Positions 47,861 through 60,075 of a stretch of 64,000 nt of DNA are shown here, piece by piece. How positions within the stretch are numbered: the stretch's first letter is position 1; each line of letters begins with the position of its first letter. The position numbers were made by a program, and so were the translations under genes. The stretch is taken from assembly GCF_006345805.1 (NCBI RefSeq), contig NC_042997.1:61194001-61258000 (forward strand), read 5' to 3'. The notes beneath the pieces are model-generated. The model ran no database searches, was not told the DNA's origin, and saw only the letters and a list, made by a program, of their open reading frames with translations. The DNA comes from Octopus sinensis (lineage: Eukaryota).

Positions 47861-48479
47861 TCTTTTTAAGTATGTGTATATATGTGTGTGTGTGTATATA
47901 TACACACACGATGAGTGTATGGGGATAAATTATCCAAGCAGGTACAGTAGAAGCTCTCAGGTTGAGTGCATGTTACGGATAACCACACCAAGTAGTAAGA
48001 AGCATGATGGATTACTTAGGGTGAGCAATTCCACCGTAATTCTTTTGATGGGTAAATCTGGGTTTACTTCGTTGGATTATATTTTTGGGAGTGTAAATCC
48101 AATACAATTACAAAACATACAGACTGGTACATCCTCAAATTTTCTTTTAATTTAAAATTTTTTCCCTCTCCTCATTATTCCCTCCCCTGACAGGTTACGG
48201 AATAATGAAGAGAGAGAAAGAGATTGATGGTTGGTGGTAAATGGAGGCTGATTACCGAAAGAATACAATACTAGTCCTTGTTACACTGACACAGATGCTG
48301 TGGAAGGCATTTTTGTAGGAGAGGGAATCAGCAATAGGTGAAAACTGTAAAATGAGAGGGAGAGTAATATATAGAGATTTGATATGAGCATAATAGTCAT
48401 TAGAGACTCACTTGTAGATATTATGCATCCCAGTCTCTCATCATTAGTATTGTCATTTTTATATCCATTTTTCTTGCTT

Positions 48480-49080
48480 GCATAGATTAGGTAGCTCCTC
48501 TCCATCACAGTACTTTACCACAAGTTGCAATCCCTTGTCATCTCTCTCATGGGGGTCAGCCTCCTAAGATCAGAATAACCTTCACCACTTTTTCCTGTGT
48601 TTTACTTTGTTTCTATCTTACATGGGCTCCACCCACTTAGAGCTTGTGCATTACATCCAGTTTCTCTTCTATCTAGGTTTCTTTCTGCTCAGTTCTGCTC
48701 ATTCATGCTCATTAACATTATACATCCAGTGGAACGTTCTTGCTTCAATTTTTTCTAGCCTTCACACATCCTCTGCCATTTGAAGCCCACTTCTTGCTCC
48801 CATACAGGATTGTATTTTGTATGCGTGTATCATAAAATCTATTCTTCATTTTGAGAAATAAATTATTTGTTAATAGCTCCTTGAACTTTTTCCACCTTAT
48901 TCTTATTACCATGCTTTTAGAACACTCAACTGCTTCTAAGGAGGCTTTTGGTTATTTAAAAGAACCTAATTTACATGTACTCATATTACTGACTCCTTCT
49001 TTACACATGGCATGTATGAAGTTTGCTTTCTCTGTCAGCCTGCCTTTGATCTCACTATTTCTCTTGTGTATTCAGTTATT
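48480..49080 (-). mobile_element. RTE-like LINE remnant (post-RT region)
   Basis: RIRWKKFKELL...KMKNRFYDTRIQNTILYGARS..MAEDV*RLEKIEARTFHWM. Confidence 0.7.
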
Positions 49081-50019
49081 GGTCTATCATTAGCTACCAA
49101 ATGCCATTTTAATGGTGATAACAATGGTTATATTAGTAATAAATCTTGACTGATAGTGTGAATATTAGATGTTATAAACACTGAATTGCACTAGGAAAAA
49201 CTAACAAGTTCATTGAAAGAGCTTGAACTTTGTATCTTATTTTTTAACTACATAGTTGGAAAGGAATGGGAACATCTATAAGGCTCTGTAAGACTGATGG
49301 AAGAACGAGATTATAAACATTTAGACCAGGTTTCTGGTATGAAATGACCTACAGTGAACTTTGCCAAAAGCTCCCAAGGACCAGATGGTGATGACAAATT
49401 GGGTAATGGATTTACTCTACAAAAATTCAGAATCTGAAAGTGTCAGAACAGATCTCTCAAAACATTGCATGCAAGCACCTAACAATGTCATTTGAGTTCA
49501 GAGCAGAGAGAGTTATAACATGTACTGCACTCTGCTTTTACAACATCCCTATATATTTAAAGTGGTCTTCAGAAAAATGAGAGAGAGAGAGAGAAAGAAA
49601 GGATAGTACTGACTTGGGTGATTGCATTACTGATAAATTACTGATTATATAACAGTGTTTTCAATCCATCTTCTCGAATTCACTGCAATAAATTATTTCC
49701 TGTTATTTTACCTGTACTGTTTTATCTCCATAAGATTTATCACTAGTAGAATAGGAGGACATGCTCAATGTAATCAAGTTCAGGTTTGATCCAGCTGTGT
49801 GTGATTAATGAGAAATAACAGTATAGATAAAAAAAAAAAAGGAAGAAAGACAAAGAGTCAGTATTATAGCTGATCATTTCATCATTTGTTCCATTTAGTG
49901 GAACTGCTCGTCTGTTTCACTGTAGAAATATTAAGATGTTTGATCATGGATGTCACCACAATTACTGTAATGTACAGGATATACATGCTAAAATCTAAAG
50001 CATTCACATTTTTGAATGT

Positions 50020-50380
50020 TTTTCTACTATAGCCCTGGGCTGACTATAAAGCCTTATGAGTGGATTTGGTAGATGGAAACTGAAAAAAGCATGTCTTCTG
50101 TGTACGTGTGTGTTGTGTGTGTGTGTGTGTTTCTCCTTATTTTCACATCATATGGTAGTTGTAAATGAGTGTTACTATCATACAAGTAGTGGTTTTTGAT
50201 TCCACTATTCCATGGAAACATGTCAGGCTAAGGTAATATTCCAAACTATTACTTTGCTTGCAAAAACAAGTGAGAGATTGACCACAGGTAAGGCATTCAG
50301 CTGTGGCAAAATCTGCTTCAACAAACTTCATCCATGGAAGCATGGAAAAGTGAACGTTAAAAGTGATGATGATATGACTG
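50020..50380 (+). mobile_element. SINE with tail B, 5'-truncated
   Basis: ctactatagccctggg...gagtggatttggtagatggaaactg...gcatggaaaagtgaacgttaaaagtgatgatgat. Confidence 0.75.
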
Positions 50381-50599
50381 CCTAGTTCCTTGAGTGTGTC
50401 ACTTAATGGAATGCAGATCTGTACCAAATGGCAAGTATATGAAAAAAAATACTTGATTTCTAATGAAATATAGTTCAATAAGTAATAGACATTTTACTTT
50501 AGGAATAAATGATTTTTTTAGTTTGTTATATTTTAAGAATCTCTGCTGAAAGTAAGTGATATAATTTACTACAGTAACTTGGAAAACAAGGATTGAGAA

Positions 50600-50940
50600 A
50601 ACATCCGAATGAGATCTTAAACTACGTTAAAATGTATTTGGGTTAGAGGTTAAGAAAGCAACGAAGAGGCTTGGTAAACGGAAGTTAGCTAAACCAAGGA
50701 GCTGAGAAGCGGTGATTTTTAATATAAACATGCTAACAGTTTCAACGCCTTTATTGTCTAAGGGAAAAAACTCTAAAGATAAGATATAGAAGTTATTTCC
50801 CTTGGATTAATCTTCAATTAGAAGTATTTTGTTCGAAACGTAATATATTTAAGAGAAAAAGTTTCAGCTCTAGTTCTCAGCGTAGTTTGTGAGGAACTAT
50901 ATTTTCATATCTAATATACTCAATGCTCATGTAATCGTTT
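50600..50940. promoter_or_regulatory. Small CpG-retaining non-repetitive segment with an ETS-type CGGAAGT motif; possible promoter
   Basis: About 10 CpGs in ~340 bp against very few in the flanking unique DNA; aaaCGGAAGTtag at ~50679. No TSS evidence. Confidence 0.25.
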
Positions 50941-51311
50941 AATTAATAATAATGATAATAAAAAATGGGAAATGAAATTATATACTGTAATTTCAAGGAA
51001 GAATTCTTGAAATTAAGAAAGAGGTAAAATACCATCTTTACATAGGAATTGTGTTATAAACTCTAAAATAGGTTTGTTTGCAGAGATTATTGTTGTTTAA
51101 CCCCATGTCAGCTTTATTCCATATAGCTATGATAAACGATGGTCCATCCATGATCATCCTGTCCTTTTATATATCAATGAGTTCATTGGTATGTAAAGTC
51201 CAAGAAATAATTTTTTATTCAGGTAGCGTGATTTCGAGGAAGTTTGGCTGCTATTTCTAGCAATTTGAGCTACTGTGCAGAGGTTCCCATCTTTTCTCAT
51301 GTCTCTTCTCA

Positions 51312-51680
51312 AGCGTGGCTGTGTGGGAAGAAGCTTTGCTTTCCAAATACATGGTTCTGGATTCAGTTTCACTGTATGGCACCTTGGGTAAGTGTCTTCT
51401 ACTATAGCCTCGGGCCAACCAAAGCTTTGTGAGTAGATTTGGTAGACGGAAACTGAAAGAAGCCCATCATATGTGTGTGTGTGTGTGTGTGAGTGTGTTG
51501 TCCCTCTCTATTGCTTGACAACTAACGTTGGTGTGTTTATGTCCCCATAACTTAGTGGTTTGGCAAAAGCGACTGATAGTATAAGTATTAGGTTTACAAA
51601 GAATAAGCTCAGGGGTCGATTTGTTCAGCTAAAGGCTGTGCTCCAGCATGGCTGCAGTCAAATGACTGAAACATATAAAA

Positions 51681-51683
<3 letters not shown>
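51312..51683 (+). mobile_element. SINE family A
   Basis: gcgtggctgtgtgggaagaagc head through gtgctccagcatggctgcagtcaaatgactgaaac tail, ending in (TA)n. Confidence 0.85.
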
Positions 51684-51721
<38 letters not shown>

Positions 51722-52384
51722 ATATAATACTGTTCCCTTACTTTCTGCTTGTTTTTTATTATCCTCTCTCCACAACTTCATCACTGACACAACTCCTTCT
51801 AATCTTCTCCTCAAACTCCACACCCTTCTTCCTTCAATGTCTCCAGATATTTGCCAGTCTGATCTATTTATTTCTCTCTTTTATATTCCACCCTTTACCT
51901 TCACATCTTCTATCCATGCATTCCCTTATAATGTGGGATGACCTTATACCCTACTATACAACTTCTCACTGACTCCTAACACTGATCCCTTCCTACCTAT
52001 AGTGTCTACTTTGTTACACTGCCCACTACTACCCTTTCACAACTATTTCTTCTTCTCAGTTTATTTTATCCTCTCTCACCACCCCATCTACAATCATCAC
52101 ACTCCCCTCTTCTATTTTTCAGATCTTGGGGAGGGGCCTTTGTAGGCAGTTCGTTTTGAAAGTTGTAAAGTGAATTCACTAATGCTGATGTCATGGAAAA
52201 AAACAAAACATGAAAACTCTCACTATACTCAGTAACGTGGTTGGCATTAGGAATGGGTATCCAACCATAGAAACCATATTGAAACAGACATTGGAGCATG
52301 GAAAATGGATATTGCATGATGATATGTAAATATGATGATATATGGAAATATAGGTGCAGGCATGGCTGTGTGGTTAAGAAGCAG

Positions 52385-52605
52385 AAATGTTAGCATGCCG
52401 GGCGAAATACTTAGCAGTATTTCGTCTGCTGTTATGTTCTGAGTTCAAATTCCACCGAGGTCGACTTTGCCTTTCATCCTTTTGAGGTTGATTAATTAAG
52501 TACCACTTATGCACTGGGGTTGATTTGGTAGACTTAATCCCTTTGTCTGTCCTTGTTTGTCCCCTCTATGTTTAGCCCCTTGTGGGCAATAAAGAAATAG
52601 GAAAC
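52385..52605 (+). mobile_element. SINE family C, long-tail variant
   Basis: gcagaaatgttagcatgccgggcgaaatac...gtcgactttgcctttcatcc...gccccttgtgggcaataaagaaatag. Confidence 0.85.
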
Positions 52606-52775
52606 TAAGAAAAAAACCTTAATTTGTATGTATATATATGCGGGGGTCAGAGTGGGGTACATTGCATGTGTGTATTTGTATGTGTATCCTTGTTTTGACA
52701 TGTGATGGCTGTAAATGAGCATTGTCATACAAGCAATGTCATAAATCATTCTTAATATACAATACTGTATTAATA

Positions 52776-52906
52776 TAAGGTTGTCCCAAAAGTTCGTAAA
52801 AACTTTGCGAAAATTTGAATTTTTATGCAATTTTTAATTGTTTGTTTGGGTTTATATTGTTATAGTCAATTTTCGCAAGTGTTTACGAACTTTTGGGACA
52901 ACCTAA
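52776..52906. mobile_element. 131-bp mariner-type MITE
   Basis: TA|taaggttgtcccaaaagttcgtaaaactttgcgaaaatt ... rc ttaggttgtcccaaaagttcgtaaacacttgcgaaaatt|TA. Confidence 0.9.
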
Positions 52907-53272
52907 TATATATTGAGTATCTTCTTTTGCCTGACTTCTGAACACTCCCTGGATAACTATATACAATAGCGAACTGTGTCTAAAAATACTGTTTCTCAGG
53001 AGACTAAGGGGTGGGGGCCACCCGCAACTACGATGCTATCATTTAATTTTTTTTTTATTAAAAGTATTCTTTTCAACTGTCTACAATCACAGCCAGGCTG
53101 AAACAATTAATGCATTCATCCAGAAGTGAATAAAAAACTTTCAAACTTGAGGGGATGGACCCCTCAGATAGTAACTTGGGCTGCCCCATGTATGGATTCT
53201 AATGGCGCAGGGACCCACTTGCCATTGGGTAAGCTGGCAGGCAACCTGGCCATTCTGCCACTGACTATACAT

Positions 53273-53319
<47 letters not shown>

Positions 53320-53324
53320 ATATA

Positions 53325-53401
<77 letters not shown>

Positions 53402-54553
53402 CATATATATATACACACACAAGGCCATGATTTTGGGGAGAGAATAAAAAGTTCTGACAAACAAAGCCAAAAACAAATTTGGTGAGAAGGCAAAATGAAC
53501 AAAATTATAGTTCATTAAACTTAAATATTTTATTAGTATTGATCCTGGAGTGGGGTGAAAGCAAAGTTTAGATTGTCGGTACTTGAACTTAGAACTTATG
53601 AACTATAACTAAATACTGCAAAGCCTTTTGTCTGATGCTCTAAACAATATTGCCAATCCATGTAAGAAATTCACCTGCTATCTCATTTTTAAATCTTCAA
53701 CAAATTATGCTCTGGAGGCACCCTTAAGAGGTGTTGAACTTAGACAAATTTGCTAACATGCTTAACTTCATTTCTATTAGATGAGCCTGATGAAAATTTC
53801 CTCAGGCTGAATCACTTTATACCTCATATTATCAATGCAGGAGTCTCATTTTACTCTCAAAGTTAACCTCTAGCAAAAACTGTCAGTGCTGTGATTAGAT
53901 AATTTCATTTCACTTATTACTTGTTATAGTAAATGATCTAATGTCAATGAGTGTAGATGTAATTATAATGTGATGGATGCATAAATACATTAAATGTCTG
54001 AATTTCTTTTAATGAATTAATTTCCATTCTGGAAGTTAATTAGCATTGAAATACAGTCATCACAGTGGTAATTTATTCTACTGGCATGTGTTGTGAGCAA
54101 TGCTTTAAATGAAATATGCATCGTTGATTTTGATTTATTGGAAAATCAAAATAATATCTCAGAATTTCCCCTTCAACTAGGAAGAATGTAGGTTTTAAAG
54201 TCTTATTACTTTTTCACTTGTTTGATTTATACTGTATTTAGATTCTAAAATAAATATGGAAATCATCATTTCAGATTTCACAGTACAAATAATGATGTTT
54301 TTTATCAGTTGGTAGATTTAAGCACTGATCAGAAAACAGTTTGTTTGCTGAAGTTATAATCAGAGTCTGTGGGTTGTTAAGTTACTTCTAACTCATGCAA
54401 CACAGCATGACGAAACAGAAGGTGTTTCAGAATCCCTTGTACCAATGAACTAAGTGTATTATGAACATTGTTGTCATAAAAGGGAAAAGTTATGTGATGT
54501 ACACAACAGCCACTAGCATGTTTGCATTTAAATCTGCCTGAATGTATTAAGAG

Positions 54554-54962
54554 GCACAGGAGTGACTGTGGTAAGTAGTTTGCTTACCAACCACATGGTT
54601 CTGGGTTCAGTCCCACTGCGTGGCACCTTGGGCGAGTGTCTTCTACTATAGCCTCGAGCCGACCAAAGCCTTGTGAGTGGATTTGGTAGATGGAAACTGA
54701 AAGAAGCCTGTCGTATATATGTATATATATATATGTGTGTGTGTATGTGTGTATGTTTGTGTGTCTGTGTTTGTCTCCCCAACATTGCTTGACAACCGAC
54801 GCTGGTGTGTTTATGTCCCCGTAACTTAGCAGTTTGGCAAAAGAGACCGATAGAATAAGTATTAGGCTTACAAAGAATAAGTCCTGGGATCGATTTGCTC
54901 AACTAAAGGTGGTGCTCCAGCATGGCCACAGTCAAATGACTGAAACAAGTAAAATAGTAAAA
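54554..54962 (+). mobile_element. Full-length SINE family A (reference copy in this window)
   Basis: A-box-like tgactgtggtaag, B-box gggttcagtccc, central (TA/TG)n, 3' gactgaaacaagtaaaatagtaaaagag. Confidence 0.9.
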
Positions 54963-57294
54963 GAGAGAGTAAACCATCATAGTTTCTGTTTGCTCCACTA
55001 CAAGTCAGGGTTGTGATTTGTACTTGAAATTCTGTAACATAGTGGGAGAAGAAAAGACTGAAAATTATTGTTCTGTCTTTGTTTATCTCTTGGCAAAATT
55101 ATAGAGCTTTTTTCTCTTTCAGTGAGGACTGAAGAATAGTGCTCATGGATACTTTCTAGAAATTCTGAGACTGTTAGGAGGGAGGTCTCCTTTCCACTTT
55201 AGCATTCAAACCAGCCATATCTGGCCAAAATATTCTACCTCTTTGGCTTCTCACACCTACCTTACAATGTCATTCTAGTGAATAAATAAGCATTACATTT
55301 AACAAAGTAACCAGAACACTAAAGGGTTAAAGTGGAGATCTGACCCAAATACTTGGAACAAAATAGATTCCACTAAAGGCACCAAAAGTGTAGGGATCCA
55401 GGTGGTAGTGTTGAACTAGGTAACGAATTAAGTCTACCACTTAGTAGACCATGTTGGGATTTGTGCTTGGAAGATAAAGAGCTGGCACATCTAACCAAAT
55501 ACTGCAAGGCATCCAATCAGGCATTCATACAGTTCACCAATCCATTGCCCTGCATTTGGGCTTATTTATCAACACTGAAATAATGAAAGGCAAAGTTGAC
55601 ATCAGCAGAGTTTGAACTCAGAGTGTGTAGAGTCTGATAAAATGCAGGGAAGCTTTCTCTCCATTGTTCTAACAACTTAGCCAGTTTGCTACTTTTGTTA
55701 ATTATTAGCATAAGACATTTGATCTGTGTTTCAAATTGTTTGTCCTATTTTTGTTGTGAGAACATTGTCCAATAATTCAGGCTTCTGTTTTTATCAGCTT
55801 AATATGTGATAGAGTCCCTATTTGTAGCCATGGACATTAAACTGATTTTTAGAATGAGGTGAAGAGTTAGAGGCTTGATCCACCTTTACCATGGGTTGTA
55901 CCATTGCCATTCAGCTCATTTTTCATACCATGACCCTCCCAGGAATAAGTGGGTGAAGAGGATATATTCTGAATATGGTTTGGAGTTTGCTGGAAGGAGA
56001 GATTTACCTGCTCTAATTGAGTTAGTTGAGCAGTTTCCTGTAAGATAGTTGAATATATGGTGGTTTAAGGGGTTTTGGCTGCTATTTCTAGCAAGTTTAG
56101 CAATCACATAGAGACTCTCTTGCTGGCTCAATTGAAAATAGTTTATATTAACATGGTAATTTAATTTACAGTGGTGAAATAGAATTATCTTATCCAAGAA
56201 TTATCCTCCTTCTCATTGTCATCATCAATGTTTTTCCTACTAAGGTCCTTTGTCATCTGGCTCATACGACAGCAGAAAAAAAATCACCAGTCTGTGTGCA
56301 CTGAGTATATCTTTTGTTGACTTTGGTGGGATTTGAACTCAGAATGTAAAGAGATTGAACTGAATACTGTGAGGCATTTCGTTTGTCACTGTACTCCTTC
56401 TGCCAGTCTACCACTTAAAATATTTGAAAATTTTCATCACAATGACAAACAATATATAGACAATTTTGCACATTTACACAGATTTTAAATAAACGTTGTT
56501 TACGTTATAAAGGCCAGACTTTATACTTAATGGAAAACCGTAAAAAAAAAAAAACAAAAAACTCATAGTCAATAGATTTGACTATATCTGAAAATAGTGG
56601 TAACTTTTATATTAATTTCATGATTTTATTTTTTTAGAACTAAATAATGATTCATTTTAGTTTAATAAAAATACAAGTGACATTTATGTTTTCATTTAGT
56701 TAGAATGGAAATTAAACGATTTTTTAAAGGTAGAAAAGAAAATATACTGCATTTGAATAAAAGCAGTAATTTTGAATGTGTTTACATATTTATTTTGAAT
56801 TGAAAAGAAAACATCTGTTATTTTTGATATTATAGGATCAACATTAAGTGTTTTCCTATAAAATACTAATGTATTAATGATTCCATTCAGTACTTGAGTA
56901 AGATGTTGGCAAAACTGACTAAGTAGATATCTTCCAGTATCTAGCATCGTCCTTCCACCTTCTACTTTTAACTCTTGCATGGGTCAACTTTGATTTTCAT
57001 GAGAAATGAATAGTGCAGTTTATTCAATTATATGTGCTATTCTCTGACACACTGTGGCTATGTTCTTAATATAAAGAAATCAATATTTCTTTTTCTGTAA
57101 GAATTAGCAGACACTGTTAAGTATGGTATGAAGCGACTTATGCAGTATTTAAAAAATAAGTCAGCAGGGTTACTTGCTCAGAGGTGCTGTCTGTATAAAA
57201 ATAATAGTTAAGCTAAACTTGCGTTAACATTAAATACCCAATTAAAACTACTTATGTGATGAGGAAAGGACCATGATAGCTTAATGATACTTCT

Positions 57295-57686
57295 ATCTTT
57301 TACTTGTTTCAGTCATTAGACTGCAGCCATGCTAGGGTACTGTTTTGAAGAATATTTAGTTGAATGGATAGACCTCAGTACTTATTTTTATTTTAAGCTT
57401 TGGTATTTATTCTATCAGTCTCGTTTTTGCCAGTCTGCTAAATTACAGTGATGTAAACACATCAGCACCAGTTGTCAAATGGTGGTTGGGGACAAACACT
57501 GACCCAAAGACACACACACATATGCGACAGGCTTCTTTCAGTTTCCATCTGCCAAATCCACTCACAAAGCTGTGGTTGGCCCAAAGCTATAGTAGAAGAC
57601 ACTTGCCCAAAGTGCCATGCAGTGGGACTGAACCCAGAACCATGTGATTGAGAAGTAAACTTCTTTCCACACAGCCACGCCTGCAC
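57295..57686 (-). mobile_element. SINE family A flanked by diverged 56-bp direct repeats
   Basis: Reverse-complement family A copy; repeats at 57226-57281 and 57710-57764. Confidence 0.85.
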
Positions 57687-58049
57687 CTATGTTAACATTT
57701 AATGAACCAAACATTAAATGCGTAATTAAAACTGCTAATGTGTTGAGAAAGGACAGTAATAGCTAACTGGTTGATATCATTTTGATCCTTTCAGCAAATA
57801 TACAAAACTACTTCAGAAAATGTTTTGGTCCTATGAGACCAAATTCATGGCTTACTTGGAGAACTAAATACCACTGTGGTATTTTTAGTGCCTTAATGGA
57901 GCCCACTCTGTTGCAAATATTTGGACCTTGTCTCCTGAGTAAGGATGGCTTTCTTCCTCCCATTCTCTTACATGTCTCACATGCTCTTTAAAATGTCAGG
58001 AGTACTGCCCTTCCATCCTAACCAAAAGATGAAAAAAGAGTACAATATA

Positions 58050-58365
58050 GGTGCAAGCATGGTTGTGTGGTAAAAGGTTTACTTCCCAACCACATGGTTC
58101 TGGGTTCAGTTCCACCGCATGGTACCTTGGGTTAGTGTCTCCTACAGCAAACCAAAGCCTTGTGAGTGGATTTCGTAGTTGAAAACTGAAAGAAACCCAT
58201 CATGTGTGTGTGTGTGTGCAGTTGGGCAATGCAGCCTAAATAGAATAAGTACCATGCTTAAAAAAATAAGTACTGAGGTTAATTTACTTGGCTAAAAAAT
58301 TTTCAGGGTGGTGCCCCAGCATGGCCACAGTGGTTGAGACTGAAAGATGTAAAGGAATAAAAGAA
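58050..58365 (+). mobile_element. SINE family A with an internal deletion
   Basis: ggtgcaagcatggttgtgtggtaaaagg head; ggtgccccagcatggccacagtgg tail. Confidence 0.8.
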
Positions 58366-58855
58366 TAGTACATGAGTATACATGAAAACTTAGCATATTT
58401 CAATGACTTGTTGAGATGGTTATCATTTCTAATTCTCATAAGAAAAATAGAAAATTTGGTTTGTCTTATGAGCTCCAGTAGCAATTTGGAAAGAAGCCTA
58501 ATTTGGGAATGTAGGTATAAATTAATCCAAAGACCCATTCTTCAGTGACATTTTATCTTGAAACTCTGCCAGGGTGGTCAGCTTAATTTTCATTCCTCCT
58601 TGTCAAAATTGGCTTTGTGTCTAGTTGAAAGCAAATCAATATTTCTTTACTATGATTGATTATTATATTTAAATGTTCTTCACATTTCTGTGTCTTATCT
58701 TGATCAGATATTAAAATTATTTTTATTTTTATTACTCATATTCCATCAAAGTCAACATTTGGTGTCAATAAAACAAGTACCACTTGTGCACTGGGACTGA
58801 TGTAATCGACTACCCCACCCCACAAATTTCAGGCCTTGTGCCTATAGTAGATAGA

Positions 58856-58892
<37 letters not shown>

Positions 58893-58897
<5 letters not shown>

Positions 58898-59314
58898 TAT
58901 GGGTTTTTCTTCTTTCAAATTTGCTTCCTTTTTTGCCGAGTGACTTCCCGACTCCTAGGGCAAAGAAACTCCTAGTATACATTGGTAGGCCATTAAACTA
59001 AACTCACTAGTTCGTTCATTTTTTTTCTTTTTTTTTTTGATAGAAATAAAGTTAAATTAAAATACATGGGTAGTAATAGTTCTCACATCGACAATGCTCT
59101 TCTCAATATGTGTGATGTACCAGTTAAGACAATCTTTTGCACTTCTTGCAGGGATGGTAAGCCAGGGATCATTCTCATATAATTTTCGGTTCCCTTCTTG
59201 ATCATTCCTAGTGCTCCTACGATCACTGGTATTGTAACCGCCTTGAGATGCCACATTTTCTCAATTTCAATGAGCAGGTCTTTATATTTTCTGAGCTTGT
59301 CAAATTCTTTTGCC

Positions 59315-59316
<2 letters not shown>
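58893..59316 (-). mobile_element. 5'-truncated R4/Dong-clade (restriction-like endonuclease) non-LTR element embedded in (TAA)n
   Basis: Uninterrupted frame 59316-59083 reads KAKEFDKLRKYKDLLIEIEKMWHLKAVTIPVIVGALGMIKKGTENYMRMIPGLPSLQEVQKIVLTGTSHILRRALSM*, followed by a 3' UTR. (TAA)n tracts abut both ends. This frame is absent from the ORF track. Confidence 0.8.
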
Positions 59317-59353
<37 letters not shown>

Positions 59354-59371
59354 TATTATTATTATTATTAT

Positions 59372-59561
59372 TAAGGCAGTGAGTATGCTGGACAAAATGC
59401 TTAGCAGTATTTCACCCGTCACTATCTTCTGAGTTCAAATTCCACTGAGATTGACTTTGCTTTTCAGGGTTGATAAATCAAGTACCAGTTGAGTACTGAG
59501 GTTGATGTAATCGACCATCCCTCTCCCCCCAATTTCAGACCTTGTACCTATAGTAGAAAGG

Positions 59562-59605
<44 letters not shown>
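59372..59605 (+). mobile_element. SINE family C starting and ending in (ATT)n
   Basis: (tta)n|aggcagtgag...ttgactttgc...cttgtacctatagtagaaagg(att)n. Confidence 0.85.
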
Positions 59606-59607
<2 letters not shown>

Positions 59608-59711
59608 CACAGTTAATGTTGTTCAAGTAAAATTGCTTGGTAGATAGAGACATATAAAATAAGTAACTAACTGAAATAAATATTAGGGCTAGCACCAAGT
59701 CAGTACTAAGT

Positions 59712-60075
59712 GAAGGCACACAGCTCAGTGGTTAGAGCATTGAGCTTACAATCTTGGGGTTGTGAGTTTGACACTTTATTTCATATTGCTTCAGCTCATT
59801 CAACTGTAGAAATGAGTTGTGACATCACTGGTGCCAAGCTGTATTGGCCTTTGCTTTTCTCTTGGATAACATTGATGGAATGGAGAGAGGAAGCTGGTGT
59901 GCATGGGCAACAGCTAGTTTTCTACAAACAACCTTGCCCAGACTTGTACCTTGGAGGGTAACTTTCTAGGTGTAATCCCGTTGTCATTCGTGATCGGAGA
60001 GGGTCTTTTACCAAGCCCTAGAAGATGGTGTCCCAGCATGACCACAGCCCATTGACTAAAACCAGTAAAAGAATA
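59712..60075 (+). mobile_element. SINE family D variant with a family-A-like tail
   Basis: gaaggcacacagctcagtggttagagc head; body as at 47590; ggtgtcccagcatgaccacag tail. Confidence 0.75.

Noticed and set aside
53783-53808. agcctgatgaaaatttcctcaggct
   Set aside because: A simple 7-bp hairpin containing CTGATGA, with no hammerhead topology.
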